Source of the DNA: Phoronis australis
Lineage: Eukaryota > Animalia > Phoronida
NCBI GenBank assembly: GCA_002633005.1
Contig: NMRA01000453.1
Location: 186,001 to 250,000, forward strand
Direction of reading: 5' to 3'
DNA: 64,000 nucleotides
The notes under the pieces are model-generated. The model saw nothing but the letters and a program-made list of their open reading frames with translations, was not told where the DNA came from and did not search any database. The first letter of the stretch is position 1; the number at the start of each line of letters is the position of its first letter. This document shows positions 45,583-58,300 of the stretch, piece after piece. A program made the position numbers and the translations under genes.

Positions 45583-48577
45583 TTAAAATGCCTGGATGTT
45601 GATACTTTCCCTCATTCCCATGCACTGAACTTCATCGATAAACAATGTATTTGCTTTAGTGTCAATATCTTCCTCCAACACAAGTTGGTTACGAACAAGT
45701 CCTTTGTGTGATGTTTCTGAGTCTTTCAACCTGGCATCCAGCTGACTCAAAGAGTCCGTGATCTCGCTGACCTCTGCTATGAGACGGTACTGAACGGGGT
45801 CTCTGCAAAGCTCATTGTTAGGTCGGTTTGTGCGTGTGTCCAGCCGTGTCTGGGCTAATTTCATTGGTGCCTCCTTGTCATAGATGCCCTTCTCCAAGCC
45901 AGTGATATTTTCCTCCATGTGTTTGATTTGAGCAATGACCTAGTGAACAAAAAGTAACAGAAAGTCAGTAATGCTTGAAACATCTCCGTGACAAAATTCA
46001 TTTCTTAGCTGTTCTACTTTCCAACAGTATTAATACTTCAAGATGCAGTTATTAACTCTGTGAATGTGCCACCCTTAGCAAAGCATGTGGTTTTTAAGAA
46101 ACTTTCAAAAACTAACCTCCTCGTTAAACTATGTACAAAGCACCGACTTAAGTCAATTTAATTTAATTAATACTGTTTTTGCTCATGTTTAATGGAATCG
46201 CCAGAGAAAACTTGGTTGCTCAGAATAATATTAGTTGCCTTGTGCTAGACTTAAAATTTGGTTGTTGCACGACGTCAAAGCATCGTTCATCACAGAGTAA
46301 AACATGACATTTGATAGTGTGATGTGATTTCAAGTTTGTCATCTATCATATATCACTTTTAATAACTGGGCCTGGCTGTTAAGCGCATACTTCTGAACAC
46401 ACTGCAATACTGTGCCAAAAACATAACACGACTTACCCGGGCAAGATGATTCTCCAGTTTGCCCTTTGTATCCTTCGTCTCCTCAATTCTTTTACGGAAG
46501 GCAAGATCCACGTCTGCCCTCTGTTTGTTCATGTCATTGGCTGTTTGCTGCAGTACTCCGTCTGTGATTGTTCGCAGCTGAACCGAGTTCATCCTCTCAC
46601 GCTCTGCCTTTTTGATATTGTCATTAGAGTAACCCTCCCACTCTTCTGGAGTCACAGAGCTGAAGAAAAATAAAAAAAACACATTGAAGATACATGCATT
46701 TAACAACCCAAAATCAAAGACATTACAGAGAATTTTAGATGAGACAACTGACAGCTGATTTAAATTTTCAAAAAGTAGTTCCTTCATAAAATTGAGTTTG
46801 CCTGCATTAATAACATGCAAACTGGTTTATAATCATTAAACGAGTATTGGTGCTGTGACTTGTTACCTAGTTTTTGATGCAAATAAGACACTGACATTCA
46901 TAATTATTAACAAATCTGTCTCAGCACTTCAGCGTTAAGATTCAGTCAACATGTATATCTGTTCATCAAAAGTAAAAGGTGCACGCTAAGTGTGTAGGTT
47001 TCTTCAAGTAAATCATAAATAAAGTGTACAACACTTGCACTTACTTAGCTTCGATCTTTGCTGCACCATCCTTGTATCGGATATCAGCTGAATTGTTGCG
47101 CAGTGTTGCACAGTAGTCATCAATGTTGACTGCTGAGAACTTGTCTTTCAAGTCTTTCTCCAGCTGGTACTTAGCTTTTCTGTTCAGCCTGTAATAAAGA
47201 TTAAATATTGAAGTGTAACGTGTAAGACATTTTGAATTTAATGCATTTTAAAGTTTGTGACAACTAAAACACTAAATTTCTATGAAATCTCAGCTTTGTT
47301 TGAGTTAGAGGCTGATAACTTATCTCACTTTGCTTCACTCAGTACTCAGTAGATTGCTCACAATACCGAACAACTAATACCAAGAACTTTTAAAAGAACA
47401 CTCCGAACTCTGCTGCTGCAGCATCCCATTCTTTACACTGAACCATGTCATTGCAATTCTTATCAATAAACAAACCGACAAACCCATTAATACAGTTTTG
47501 TTCAATCAATTATGCAACAATCACATGAGAATATAAATCCATATATGCCTCTGTAGATTTGCAGTAACTTCTCTAATATGTCTTCATGAAATCAATGCAA
47601 CAATGAACACAGATCAATAGTTCCATCTGATACACACCTAACTTGTTCAGTACAGTTCTCAATAGTACGCTGTAGCAGTGACATCACACCCTGGATTGCC
47701 TCCACCTCCTTAAACAGCTCCTTTTGCACGTCGTCATGCACCAAGTCAATGCCCCGTCTCTTTTCCCTGTTTACCAGGCACTGCTGAGCGATGTGCAGTG
47801 GCTCATCACATGCCTGCAGAGCTTTCTCTACGCGTGCCTTGAAAGCCAGAAGATTGTCTATTTCTTCAACAAGTTCAGCAAGCTTGTTGTCAAGCTCTCC
47901 CTTCCAGAACTTAATATCATCCATACGTTGTTCTGAAACATAAAACATACTAATGTCACTCATGTAACACATAAAAATTTTCAATGAAATTTTCACACAA
48001 AAGACAACACCAGATATATTGATTACGGATAAAATCTATCATTTTTTCTAGGCTGACTGAAAATTGACTTTCTAAAACCGCTCTGAGGTTGTGGCGTGTT
48101 ACAAATATTGTTAAAATCTCTTGGTCAATTTACACCGACCTCTTGTCTATTTACAGTGACACTGTAAATAGACAAAAGGTCGGTGTAAATAGACCAAGAG
48201 ATTTTAATAATAGCTGTGACTGAAATTATGACAAAAAGATGGGGCTTGTTCAGCTAAATATGCCTTCGACAAAACACCCACTCTTAACACCCATATTTCT
48301 GCTGTACTCCTCTTGACAGGGCTATTTACTGCATCAGTGGAATTTTGTGAAATGATGTTGGATGTTTACTGAGTTGCTAATACTTACCAAATTTTTTATC
48401 AACATCAGCTTGCGTCCTTTCAACCCGCTTCTGCGTTTCATCATTCAGTCTCTCCGACTCCATAACCAGACGTTCTGCTGCGGCCCGTTCTTTTTCAGCA
48501 TTGTTGTACTTTGTCTTATTGGCCTGGGTCCACTCTGGGTGGGTGAACCTCGTGGGAGCTTTTATAATCTGGGCCAT
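45583..48577 (-). CDS. TEKT1: Tektin-1 (tektin C), ~402 aa. Coding exons 48577-48388, 47932-47638, 47188-47045, 46659-46437, 45939-45583; upstream non-coding exon ends at 48965
   Basis: GT-AG with consistent phases (1209 nt). N-terminus MAQIIKAPTRFTHPEWTQANK resembles TEKT1 [21 protein letters not shown]; tektin motifs IKFWKGEL, CLVNREKRRGIDLVHDDV, AQTRLDTRTNRPNNELCRD, EEDIDTKANTLFIDEVQCM. Confidence 0.93.
48106..48212. repeat. 107-bp near-perfect palindrome (53-bp arms, 1-nt centre at 48159) in a TEKT1 intron
   Basis: TATTGTTAAAATCTCTTGGTCAATTTACACCGACCTCTTGTCTATTTACAGTG-A-CACTGTAAATAGACAAAAGGTCGGTGTAAATAGACCAAGAGATTTTAATAATA. Confidence 0.92.
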
Positions 48578-48964
48578 GTTTCTACAAAGAGCAGAATGAA
48601 TCTTACAGTTGACAAAATAACTCGATGTTACCTGGTTACTTAAAATATTTAATAATTCAGTGGTCTGTTGGTGAGAATACTATTGACAGATCTTATTACT
48701 GAAAACTGTACTAGCGAATGGTTAATTTTTGAGATTTTTTTCATTTTCTCAATCACTGACAAGCTTTTCAGATTAAACTAATCATCAATTTCCCATAGCC
48801 TTATGTATTTAGTTATGTATGAGACTTGCGGTTCTCAGGCAAATTTCATGAAACTTCTTGTGACAATATCGATTGGCTTCTACTGTTCTGTCTTGCTTTG
48901 ATAGAATCAGCGAACTGTTAACGTTATGTTCTCACAATTTCGTTGCAATTTACAATGTACATAC

Positions 48965-49305
48965 CTGTCGTTAATCCCTCAAATGTCTGAATTTAATCTA
49001 CTCCTCGCCGTTCTCGCACCCTTCTCGAAAATACTAGATGCTTTGCCCTATCAAGTCAATAAAGAGGAACAGTAACATAGCAACAGCGGGTTGCTATAAT
49101 AAAGCGCTTATTTGTGATTGGTCGATTCCTACGAGACTTCTTCAAATATCGCGGTAATGCTAGAGACTTTATAACCAGGTCACAGGTCACAACTTGGCCA
49201 AGTGGCAAGGGATGGTTGTGCTCTGCAGTCGCTGTGAAATGCAACCGGGTAATTGTTAGTTGAGCTTTTATTTTGCCTAAGACAAGAGCGCGTAGCAGAG
49301 AAGCA
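48965..49305. promoter_or_regulatory. Bidirectional TEKT1/SLC25A1 promoter region: RFX X-boxes, CCAAT box, DR1
   Basis: X-box GTAACATAGCAAC 49072-49084 and partial GTTGCTATAATAAA 49090-49103; ATTGG 49117-49121; AGGTCAcAGGTCA 49177-49189; TEKT1 non-coding exon donor at 48964/48965; SLC25A1 ATG at 49306. Confidence 0.72.
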
Positions 49306-52300
49306 ATGGACCGACCAAACTCTGCATTCGGTAGTCCGTTTTATCGACCTACGTCTTCGTGCATGGCAGCAGCAGCAAGTGGATCATTTTCCATTATGCC
49401 ATCGCAAAAAAGTTTGAAAGGAGTCATTGCAGGTAAGTTTGCGAAATGATTGGGAAAGCATTCATGCTTTTAGACATCAAATTAACGATAATGTGCTGTG
49501 AATAATTTTTATACATGTTGCGAAGGCCTACAGGTTACTTGTTGTACCCCTGTGTTGAATTGTTGCGCTTGCGTCATACTGAAACGAAACAAAATTTTCC
49601 ATCTCATGAAATGCAATAAAAATTAAAATTCATCGCAACAAATCGGTACGTTTTAAACATGAATAGTATAATGGTAGATGATTTCATCTGACATTTTCTT
49701 TGTGAGACGATTTTAAAGAGATTCTTTATAATACTTAGTTTGGAAGATTTGCCTTGACACCACGCCACTATGCTCAGAACTAAAAGTTGTTTGTCAGTCG
49801 ATGGTTCGACAGTACACACCTCCGAAATACTGAAGACTGATTGGATAATAACTAGGTCACCCAACTTCAGCCCATGAAGTAAACACGCCTAGTAAACGGG
49901 TGCTAAATTATAAATCCATCTTGTTCCGTGAATTTTAAGTAGTACACTTTTAAATCTCATGAACCGTGTCTACACGTCATCTTATGGAATCTCCAAAATT
50001 TATCAGATCAGAATTTATCAGATTTACAGACTTCAGCTATCACCTGATTAAATGAGGGTCCAAACTTCAATCTTTCACTTCAGGGCTGAAGATAAGACAC
50101 TGCCTCTACTACAAACGTGTTCCTGTCTCTCATAAACTTTTTACATGTGCAACATTTAGCGAGCTGACTATAGGTATGACCGGTGACATATTTCGATTTA
50201 AAAATAGATCGCACACTCGTTCTTCCCGATGTCGTCCACGACTTAATCCTGAGAAGAAAACCAGCTGTCAGTGTCAAGTCTCAGCAATATTGGACACAAC
50301 AAATTATGCACTGAAAATAGGTTTGATGTTTGTAACAGTAGGAGAGGTTCATGCAATATGGTAATACTGAATTTAAATCTTGAGTTCATATAGCCAGCTA
50401 GCTACATATGAAGACTAAGTATACAGCTTTGCACCAAGACTAGAGTTCATATGGCATGTTGAGACAGCTCAATTCAGTTCTGCTTTACCCCCCCCCCCCT
50501 GATTAGTTTAATCCCATCGAACTGGCTCATACCACATCGAGAGTGTAAAAAGTTATTGAGAAACTGGATCGCTTTTGGGTCTAATCTGACCATAGAGACA
50601 GTGAAGTTCCTATAGGAGCTTCATATGCCGGACTTTTTTCGCCAAATTATGCCTCAACTGGATTAAAACATAAAAGTCACATTGTTATAAGTACTTTTTG
50701 CGCATAGAGGGACACCTTAGGAGACCGTTGATGTCTTTGATTCCTTCCAACTCAAACAAATTCTTCCATAATCAAACTTTTTTCGAACAGTCCTTTGTTC
50801 AGTAGTCCAAATTAGCAACATACCATTTTACTTGCACGCACCAGGGGATGACGTCGAGACGGTGGCACTGTCTTGACTGAAGATTAGACCAGCTTGTAGA
50901 CAGTACCTGACCTTTTAAACTTGCAATAATTTTGTACCACATTGAGTAAATTCGGAAACGAGAATCTCATGAAAATGAAGGATCATTGCAAGATATCGTC
51001 ATGTATTACACAAACAAAGCCTATGATCACGCTGACCGTCCTTCTCCCCATTGTTGAGTATAGAGAACTCTTCCCTGCTAATCACGGGATACAATTTTCA
51101 ATCCTGTGTTGTTACTGAACATTTTTTTTCTGCGTCTTATTGAGGGCCTGAACAAAACCAGTAAAACAATCTTATAGTATTCATTCAACCTTACGGTAGA
51201 TGTATTCTTTCTTGTAATGTTGTAAGGTATGTCCAACAAAGATGAGATAATTTTGATGCATTTGCAACAATCTTTTGTTATTACTAGTGAAATAGAAAAT
51301 ATCACTTTTGGGCGTCGCTTTTTGTGTGAAATGAAGAATCATTTCTGTAATCACTTCGCCCACTCCATGTTGTTATTGAAACAAGAAAGTTTGGTTAAAA
51401 GTAGTTTGTATATTCTCAAGTTCTACTAAAAGTTGGTGCTGACATAGTCTGTCAGACACTTTGTCAATCGTCATGTAATCATAATGGTCACATTTTATTA
51501 ATATCTTGCCGCACAACAGTCATTTGGCTGTTGCTGTCAACAAGGTTAACAGAAGCTGTACATGGTTTAAGAATGATTGTGCGAAATTCATCCAACAAAC
51601 TACAGTAACATGTATGCATCAGTTGGTGATACAGCTTGATATTAAAGGCTTAATAAGTTTCTTGAGTCTGCAGGAGGCAATCAAACAGACCATCAGGCAT
51701 TACAACACAGTGAAGGATTAAATATACAAAGCCAGAACCATTAGAGATTGATTTTTTCATATCTCTGTTAACAGGATAATTAAACTAGGTAACCAATTTA
51801 CGGGTTGCTTATGATCCGATTTCATTTGCATGATGTAACTTGGACTGTTTTACTTCCCGGGGATAACACTCGTGCTTGGCTTATCACTCACCCCAGAAAT
51901 TTCTCCATTTTCAGTGTTAAGCGCCCATACTCAACTTACCGACCACCCTCCAATTCCCAATTCATATGCTGAAAACTTTCTGAAAAGTGCCTTTGTCTCT
52001 ATGAACTCATGGCTCGTCACAATTCTATCTCCTGACATCTCACAATCACTCAGATTAAGCAGAACCTTGTCTGCAGCTCTTCACTGAAGGAGATAAATTA
52101 TGCAATGGATCTTTTGGCTCAGAACATTTTAATGTTATTTTACTCATTGATCGTGCGCGTAAGCAAATTGGTTTAGTCCTTTGCTATGCTGTTTTTCTTA
52201 ACTCTTCTACATGAAGTCTGATGTCTGTGTAGCTTCCTCGGCAAAAATAGTTATTACTCCTTTTCATACTAACGTCGATGTATTGATGTTTTGAGAGTTA

Positions 52301-55300
52301 CGGTCAGTGACTGAAAGGTTAGTTTCGGTCCTGGGTTGAAGTTAACAGTGCCAGTTTACTTCGCAGTTCACAGTCGATTTAACAGGGGAGTGTCGACACT
52401 ATGGTTCAGCATGAAGGGTCAACTTCGGTCCCATCAAAGTTATTGCTAGGGGCCACTAACTTTTTTCATTTTATTGTTGACTTCTAAAGGTCCTGGATTG
52501 AATTTAACAGCACCAGTTAACTAATTGCAGGAAGATGTAACAGCGAAGCTTCAATGTTGCGATGCAGTATCAGTAATTTACCCTTCAGTCTTATCAAAGT
52601 TATCGGCATTCGGCAGGGGCCATTGCCATCTAACCATCAACAGAGTTGGCAAATCATATTTGCTAATAGTCAGCTCAAGTAATGTCCAGTCGAATAAAAA
52701 AGTCAGTTGTACGTCATTAATTCTATTTAAAAGTTCTCAACTTACCACCTGAAAAAAATTTTAATGCTTTAGGGTTGTCCACACTCTACAAAGACGTATG
52801 GTGAAGGTTTCTGATGCAACAGTGCTACCTTGATAATGATTTGCTTCGTTCCTCAACCTACCTAGCGATTGCAGGTTCTCAGGACTCATACAGTCACCTC
52901 ACTGATAACACCTGAGACCAACTGAATCCCCAAAATGAAAATACTTCATAATGCAATGAAGGCATAAGTGGGTATTGTGAGCCAAAAAGAACTCTAGTGT
53001 GGTTTTGTTTATGGTGTATCAGGAGGGGTTCATCACTTACAGAGGTCTTGTATTTAAGAACCAGTTTTATCCACGGAATAACAGACTTCAAACTGGTTCT
53101 CAAAATCAAGAACCCTTGTAAGTGACTGATGTCAGATTACATAACCTCAGGTTTCTCCTATACTTCTGTGGTTATGGGAGTCTATAGATCTCTGCTTTAA
53201 GGGCTTTCATGCTAACATCGACATGTCAATGTTTTGGAGAGTTGTGTTCAGTATGAATGGTTAACTTCGGTCCTTGATCGAAGTTAACAGCCAGTTAGTT
53301 TCCCAGTAAACAGGTGGATTTAACAGCACAGCGTAGNAAAATCTGTATTAAATTCAGTTCACTATAAAAAAATTCGATGCCATGGCAAAGGCTATTATTT
53401 GGGCTTAGGTTTCGAATAAAAGTGTTTGCGTAAAGATCCGTTTCATGAAGTTTTTAACAAAAATGAAGCGGAAATAGTGCCTTTAAGGGCTTTCATGCTA
53501 ACATAGACATGCCAATGTTTTGGAGAGTTGTGTTCAGTATGAACGGTTAACTTCGGTCCTTGATCGAAGTTAACAGCCAGTTAGTTTCCCAGTAAACAGG
53601 TGGATTTAACAGCACAGCGTAGATGCTGTGGTGCAGTATGAACGGTCAACTTCGGTCCCATCGAAGTTACTGCCTGGAGCCACTGTCATTGTCAGCAATT
53701 GAAGGGCAGTGTCATCGCTAATAGTTGCTTATATTTTCTGTGAATAATCACCAATTGAATTAGAATTAAGTTTTATGTCAGCATCAGTAAATGTTCCCAA
53801 ATTTTCGTGCATCAAAAAAATCTTAACGTGCACACGATGCAACAGGAGCTCAGCGCTACCTCACGATTACTTCGATGACAACATTGTGACCTACTGTTTA
53901 CTTTGATGTCTGTTAACTACCAAAGCTGGTATGAACGCAGTTTTCGTCCACACTACGCTTAGAACAGAGTTACCGGTAAGTCAGCATGAAAGGTCTGTCT
54001 AAGTACTTGAAGTCCTTGTGTGCACAAATTTGTTTTAAAGTACATTATTTTTCACATATGTCATAGAGCCATGCACTACAGAACGAGGAAATCACATTTT
54101 CAACTGTATCCTTAAAGCCATACACTCCTGGATGAGGAAATACTGTGGACTAAAGCACATTTAAAGAACAAATAAGTGTGCTGCATTCCTGTTTTCAAAG
54201 TACATAGGGAAATGATTCTGAACAATGCTATTGACGTGAAGTGTTTCTGAGAAGAGTACTGTGAAGGGGTGACACTCCTCTGTTTACTGGACTGTAACTC
54301 GATAACATCCAAGTAGAAATATCATCTGTCCTAGTATTGAATTTTTCTTCAAACAAATTAATTTGTGTCTATTACTTGATTTTGTTAGTTCAGACTGGCA
54401 TCTTACTGAGAATTGCAATGACGAGAGTTTGCCGTGTTTTAAAATTAAATCAGTTTTCTTGATAATTGGGGTTTTTTATTGGAATTTAAACCCTCATTCA
54501 TATGCCTGTTTGTTTTCATTTGTTAGTTTTTAGTTGTAGTGACCACTTAGATCAAAGATGGCCAACTTCACAGTCAGTAAGAAATAACCATAGAAAATGA
54601 GAAGTGTTCACTTATATCTTAATTCATGACCTGAATGATAAAAATTCTACCAAGTTGTCATTGTACACATTGTAGTTGCCAACAAAAATGAAAATAAAAA
54701 GTGGCACATCAGAGTGTACACTCCAAAGGGCTTAGTGCCCGCCATAACAACCATGGTGATAGGGTTTTTTAGTCTACGCTAGTCGTGAATTTGATTTACT
54801 TAATATGGAAGAATATCATGAAAACTAGTGAGATTTTACCTTAGATGTTGCAGGTAACCTTAAGTTTGTGGTTTCATTTGCCAGTCATTGGTGCTATTGC
54901 TTTCCAATTCACCCCAAGTTAGTGTCTCACATTATGGCGTTTTCCCTGTTGCTCCCAACTTGTTTGATTCTATAGCCCAACAACAAGTTAGGAAGATGAC
55001 CCCTGTAGCCAATATCTTACATGACTGATTAACTCCATTCTGGCATTTATGATTGGAGGGCCAGATCTTTTGTTTGATAATTGCTCTAATCTCCTATAAG
55101 ATTGGATGTAGCCTGACTGGGCTGTGCTGTTAAAAATAAAATTTAAGTTTTAACATATTTGAAGTTAAACCAATAGCATTTCTGAAATCCTTGTCAAGGT
55201 GATCATGTTTAGTTTTTGAATCGCAAAAATCGCCCAACTACAACCGAAGTTACGACAATTTATTCTTTCCGAACATACACCAGTTCGCTCTGGGTTTGAC

Positions 55301-58300
55301 TGAGTTCACATGTGGTCTGTAATAAGGCTGGTAGATAATTGGCCTGCCTGTTTTCATACCAGACAAAAGACTGTGCTTGGCAGTTAACAAAGAAACTAGA
55401 TATCACACACTCAGCACCCCCTATCTCTGCTAATGTCACTGAACCGGGAAAATGCTGTCATGAGTGTGGCATTATTTCTAACGAAATTTGTCAGCAGAGA
55501 CATACATCTACCTGCAACTGCCATGTTTTCACACTGTATACATTGGTTATAATCTCTTGCTAAACCTCTTCCTGAGGGTTATAACCATAGGACACCACAG
55601 TTGAACTTAGTTAAGCATGACATGCTCTCCCATTAAAAGTTCATACTTTGGGCTGTTACAAGATCACTCTACGTATAAAATCATAGTTGCCCCATTCTGT
55701 TGCTCACTGAACAGGCGGGTTAGGGGTTGCCACACATCAACATATGAACAGCAGTTCTTAGGTGCTTGTTATTGCTCTTTTCTTCTGTTGTAGTTTATCG
55801 GTTTTTGTTATTCAAACAATGAAAAAGCTCAATTTTCTAACAATAGCAGTCAGTATGAGTGGAGTGTCCGTGTAAACTGTGTAGTTGAACTGTTCATGCT
55901 TGCTGTAGTTAATGAAATGGAAGTAAATGCTAAGACACTCCTTTGCTGTTTGAAGTAATGGTAAGGTAGCTGATGCACTAAGATCATTTTTTAATGTGAC
56001 AAGTTCAGAACATATTTACTGCACATGATAATTGACCTAAAACTGTTTTTCTAATCAGACTGTTGATTATTTAAGCAAAATGTTAGCAAATATCAGTGAC
56101 AACACTTAGCTCTTTGCTGACAATAGGTGTAATTAACCCAGGTTAGCCATCACCGTTCCCTTAATCCCAAACAAGAGAAGCTCATCATATGTGCTCCTAG
56201 AGCTGTGGTGTAAGTTCTTATTGTAATCCAAACTACAGTGAAGCATAAGTTGGGGTTGGGAAGTTAGTTGTAGCTGTTAATGATCAAAAGTCACCAGGGA
56301 TGTTACTGTGGAGAAATGGATCTATAACAGGGGTTGAACCACGATTTCAAAAATAAGGCATCCGAAATAGGTTTCCCAATTTTTCAGAGTGTCCATGACC
56401 ATTGACATGTGACTACGTTTTATGACCTCAAGTTAAATTGCTGTTAGAGTGTCATATGTTGCAGAGGCGACATGATTCTGCAGAAATTTTTCGTGTCTTA
56501 CATAATTTCTAAATCTACTTTTTATTTCGGACAGGCTCAGAGCTGCTGCTAGCATGTGTAAAAAGGCACGCATGCTGCTAGCATGTGTAAAGAGGCACGC
56601 ATGCTGCTGGCATGTGTAAAAAGGCATGCATGCTGCTAGCATGTGTAAAGAACACACGCATGCTGCTAGCATGTGTAAAAAGGCATGCATGCTGCTAGCA
56701 TGTCTAAAGAGGCATGCATGCTGCTAGCATGTGTAAAGAACACACGCATGCTGCTAGCATGTGTAAAGAGCCCCATATGCTGCTAGCATGTGTAAGGAGG
56801 CACGCATGCTTTCTAGCTTACTTTACTTTGGTGTACAAATGCTCAACAGGGCGTCCTAGCTAGGGTATCTAAATTTTAGTTAGTGTGTTCATGTCGTGCA
56901 CTGGACATGTATTTTTTGTACCCTCTAGCTTGGCCTGGTCTGTAGTGAACTAAAGTGGATGTTGTCATGACTAACTTTTATATTTTGGACACGCCAATGA
57001 ACCCCCAGAGCTGCTGTAGAGAGTTAAACAGTGCTTGATTGTTTACTAGATCATCCAAATGCTGTCTTAGGGTGTCTTAATGTGGGTCATGGTGCCCATT
57101 TAGATGCCCTGGATGCTCACTAGATGAAGGCCAGTGGTTAGTGGTTACCCCCTGATGTTGGGGGAGGAGCAGGTGCTATACCTGAAGTATTGATTGGTTT
57201 AGCTCCCAGGCAGCAGATTTCAGACTTCATGTGCAAGAGTTGAATAAAAATTGGCAGATCATTTGACAGATCATGTATGCGGTTTTCTTCAGTATGTTTT
57301 TGTACAAATGTGATTGTTCCCCCATGACCATTATTGGTTTACATTAAGGTAACTGGTGGGCTAGGTTGCCATCAGGAAGATTGACATTTTCAAAGGTGAA
57401 ATGTCCACATAAGCCCAGCTAGGAAACGGCATGCCAGCAATGGTTGTGCTTTTTTGGTAGCATCTCAGTACTTCACTTTAGTATAAGGTTACTGCCACCT
57501 CTCCCCCAAATCCTCATATGAAGGTCTCCCTCTCTCTGCAAGTGATTAATTTGTTGTCATTTTTATTGGATGTTAGTCTGGATTGATATTTCTTCTGAAT
57601 TCTGGTGTTAATTCCCCACAAATGTTTGACCTGCCATTGCTGAGGTATTCTTGACTATCAAATCAGAAATATAATGCAATAGTCTATTTCCGTCAATTCC
57701 CAGATGCCTTTTGTTTCAATTGATGGTTGCTACTGAATGCAGATGTTCTCTATTGATCATGACTTGACATTTCAATTTGGAGGTCACAGTGATTTTGCAT
57801 TCTGGAGAATAGTACTTCTATGGCATAGAGGTACTGAATGTGCATGTCTGTAATTAGGGTAAAAAGAATTCAATATTGTAAGAATTGTAAATTACAAATG
57901 CAGGTGATCACACTAACTTTACTCGCCATTGTTTTGGTCTACGGAACATTTCCCACATTTGTTAGTTCTGGTGAACACCATACCCAAGTTTAAATGTTTT
58001 TGTTTTTAAATGCCTCTGCTTTGTCTTAATTTCAAGATTTGTGGCTTTTCCCAGTTTAAATGGTCTTGATATTTTTAAACGTTGAGCAACTTTGGCGTAT
58101 GCTAGTGCCGCGGTAGACAGGCACTTGCACTAATGGAGTGTCATGTAAATAAGGTATCCATCCTGAGTAGCCTCATTTTGTTCAAGCTGAACCCGTAATT
58201 TTTTGATGCTATGCCTTTGAGCATGTCACGCTGTCTCCTGAGTTTTGTCCTAGTGAGCTAAGCTGTAACAAATGTGTGCATAAGAATAATTGAAGTGGAT

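Noticed and set aside
51840-52110. Possible decayed 3' end of a LINE ORF2
   Set aside because: Only a vague compositional resemblance; no reverse-transcriptase motif recognisable.
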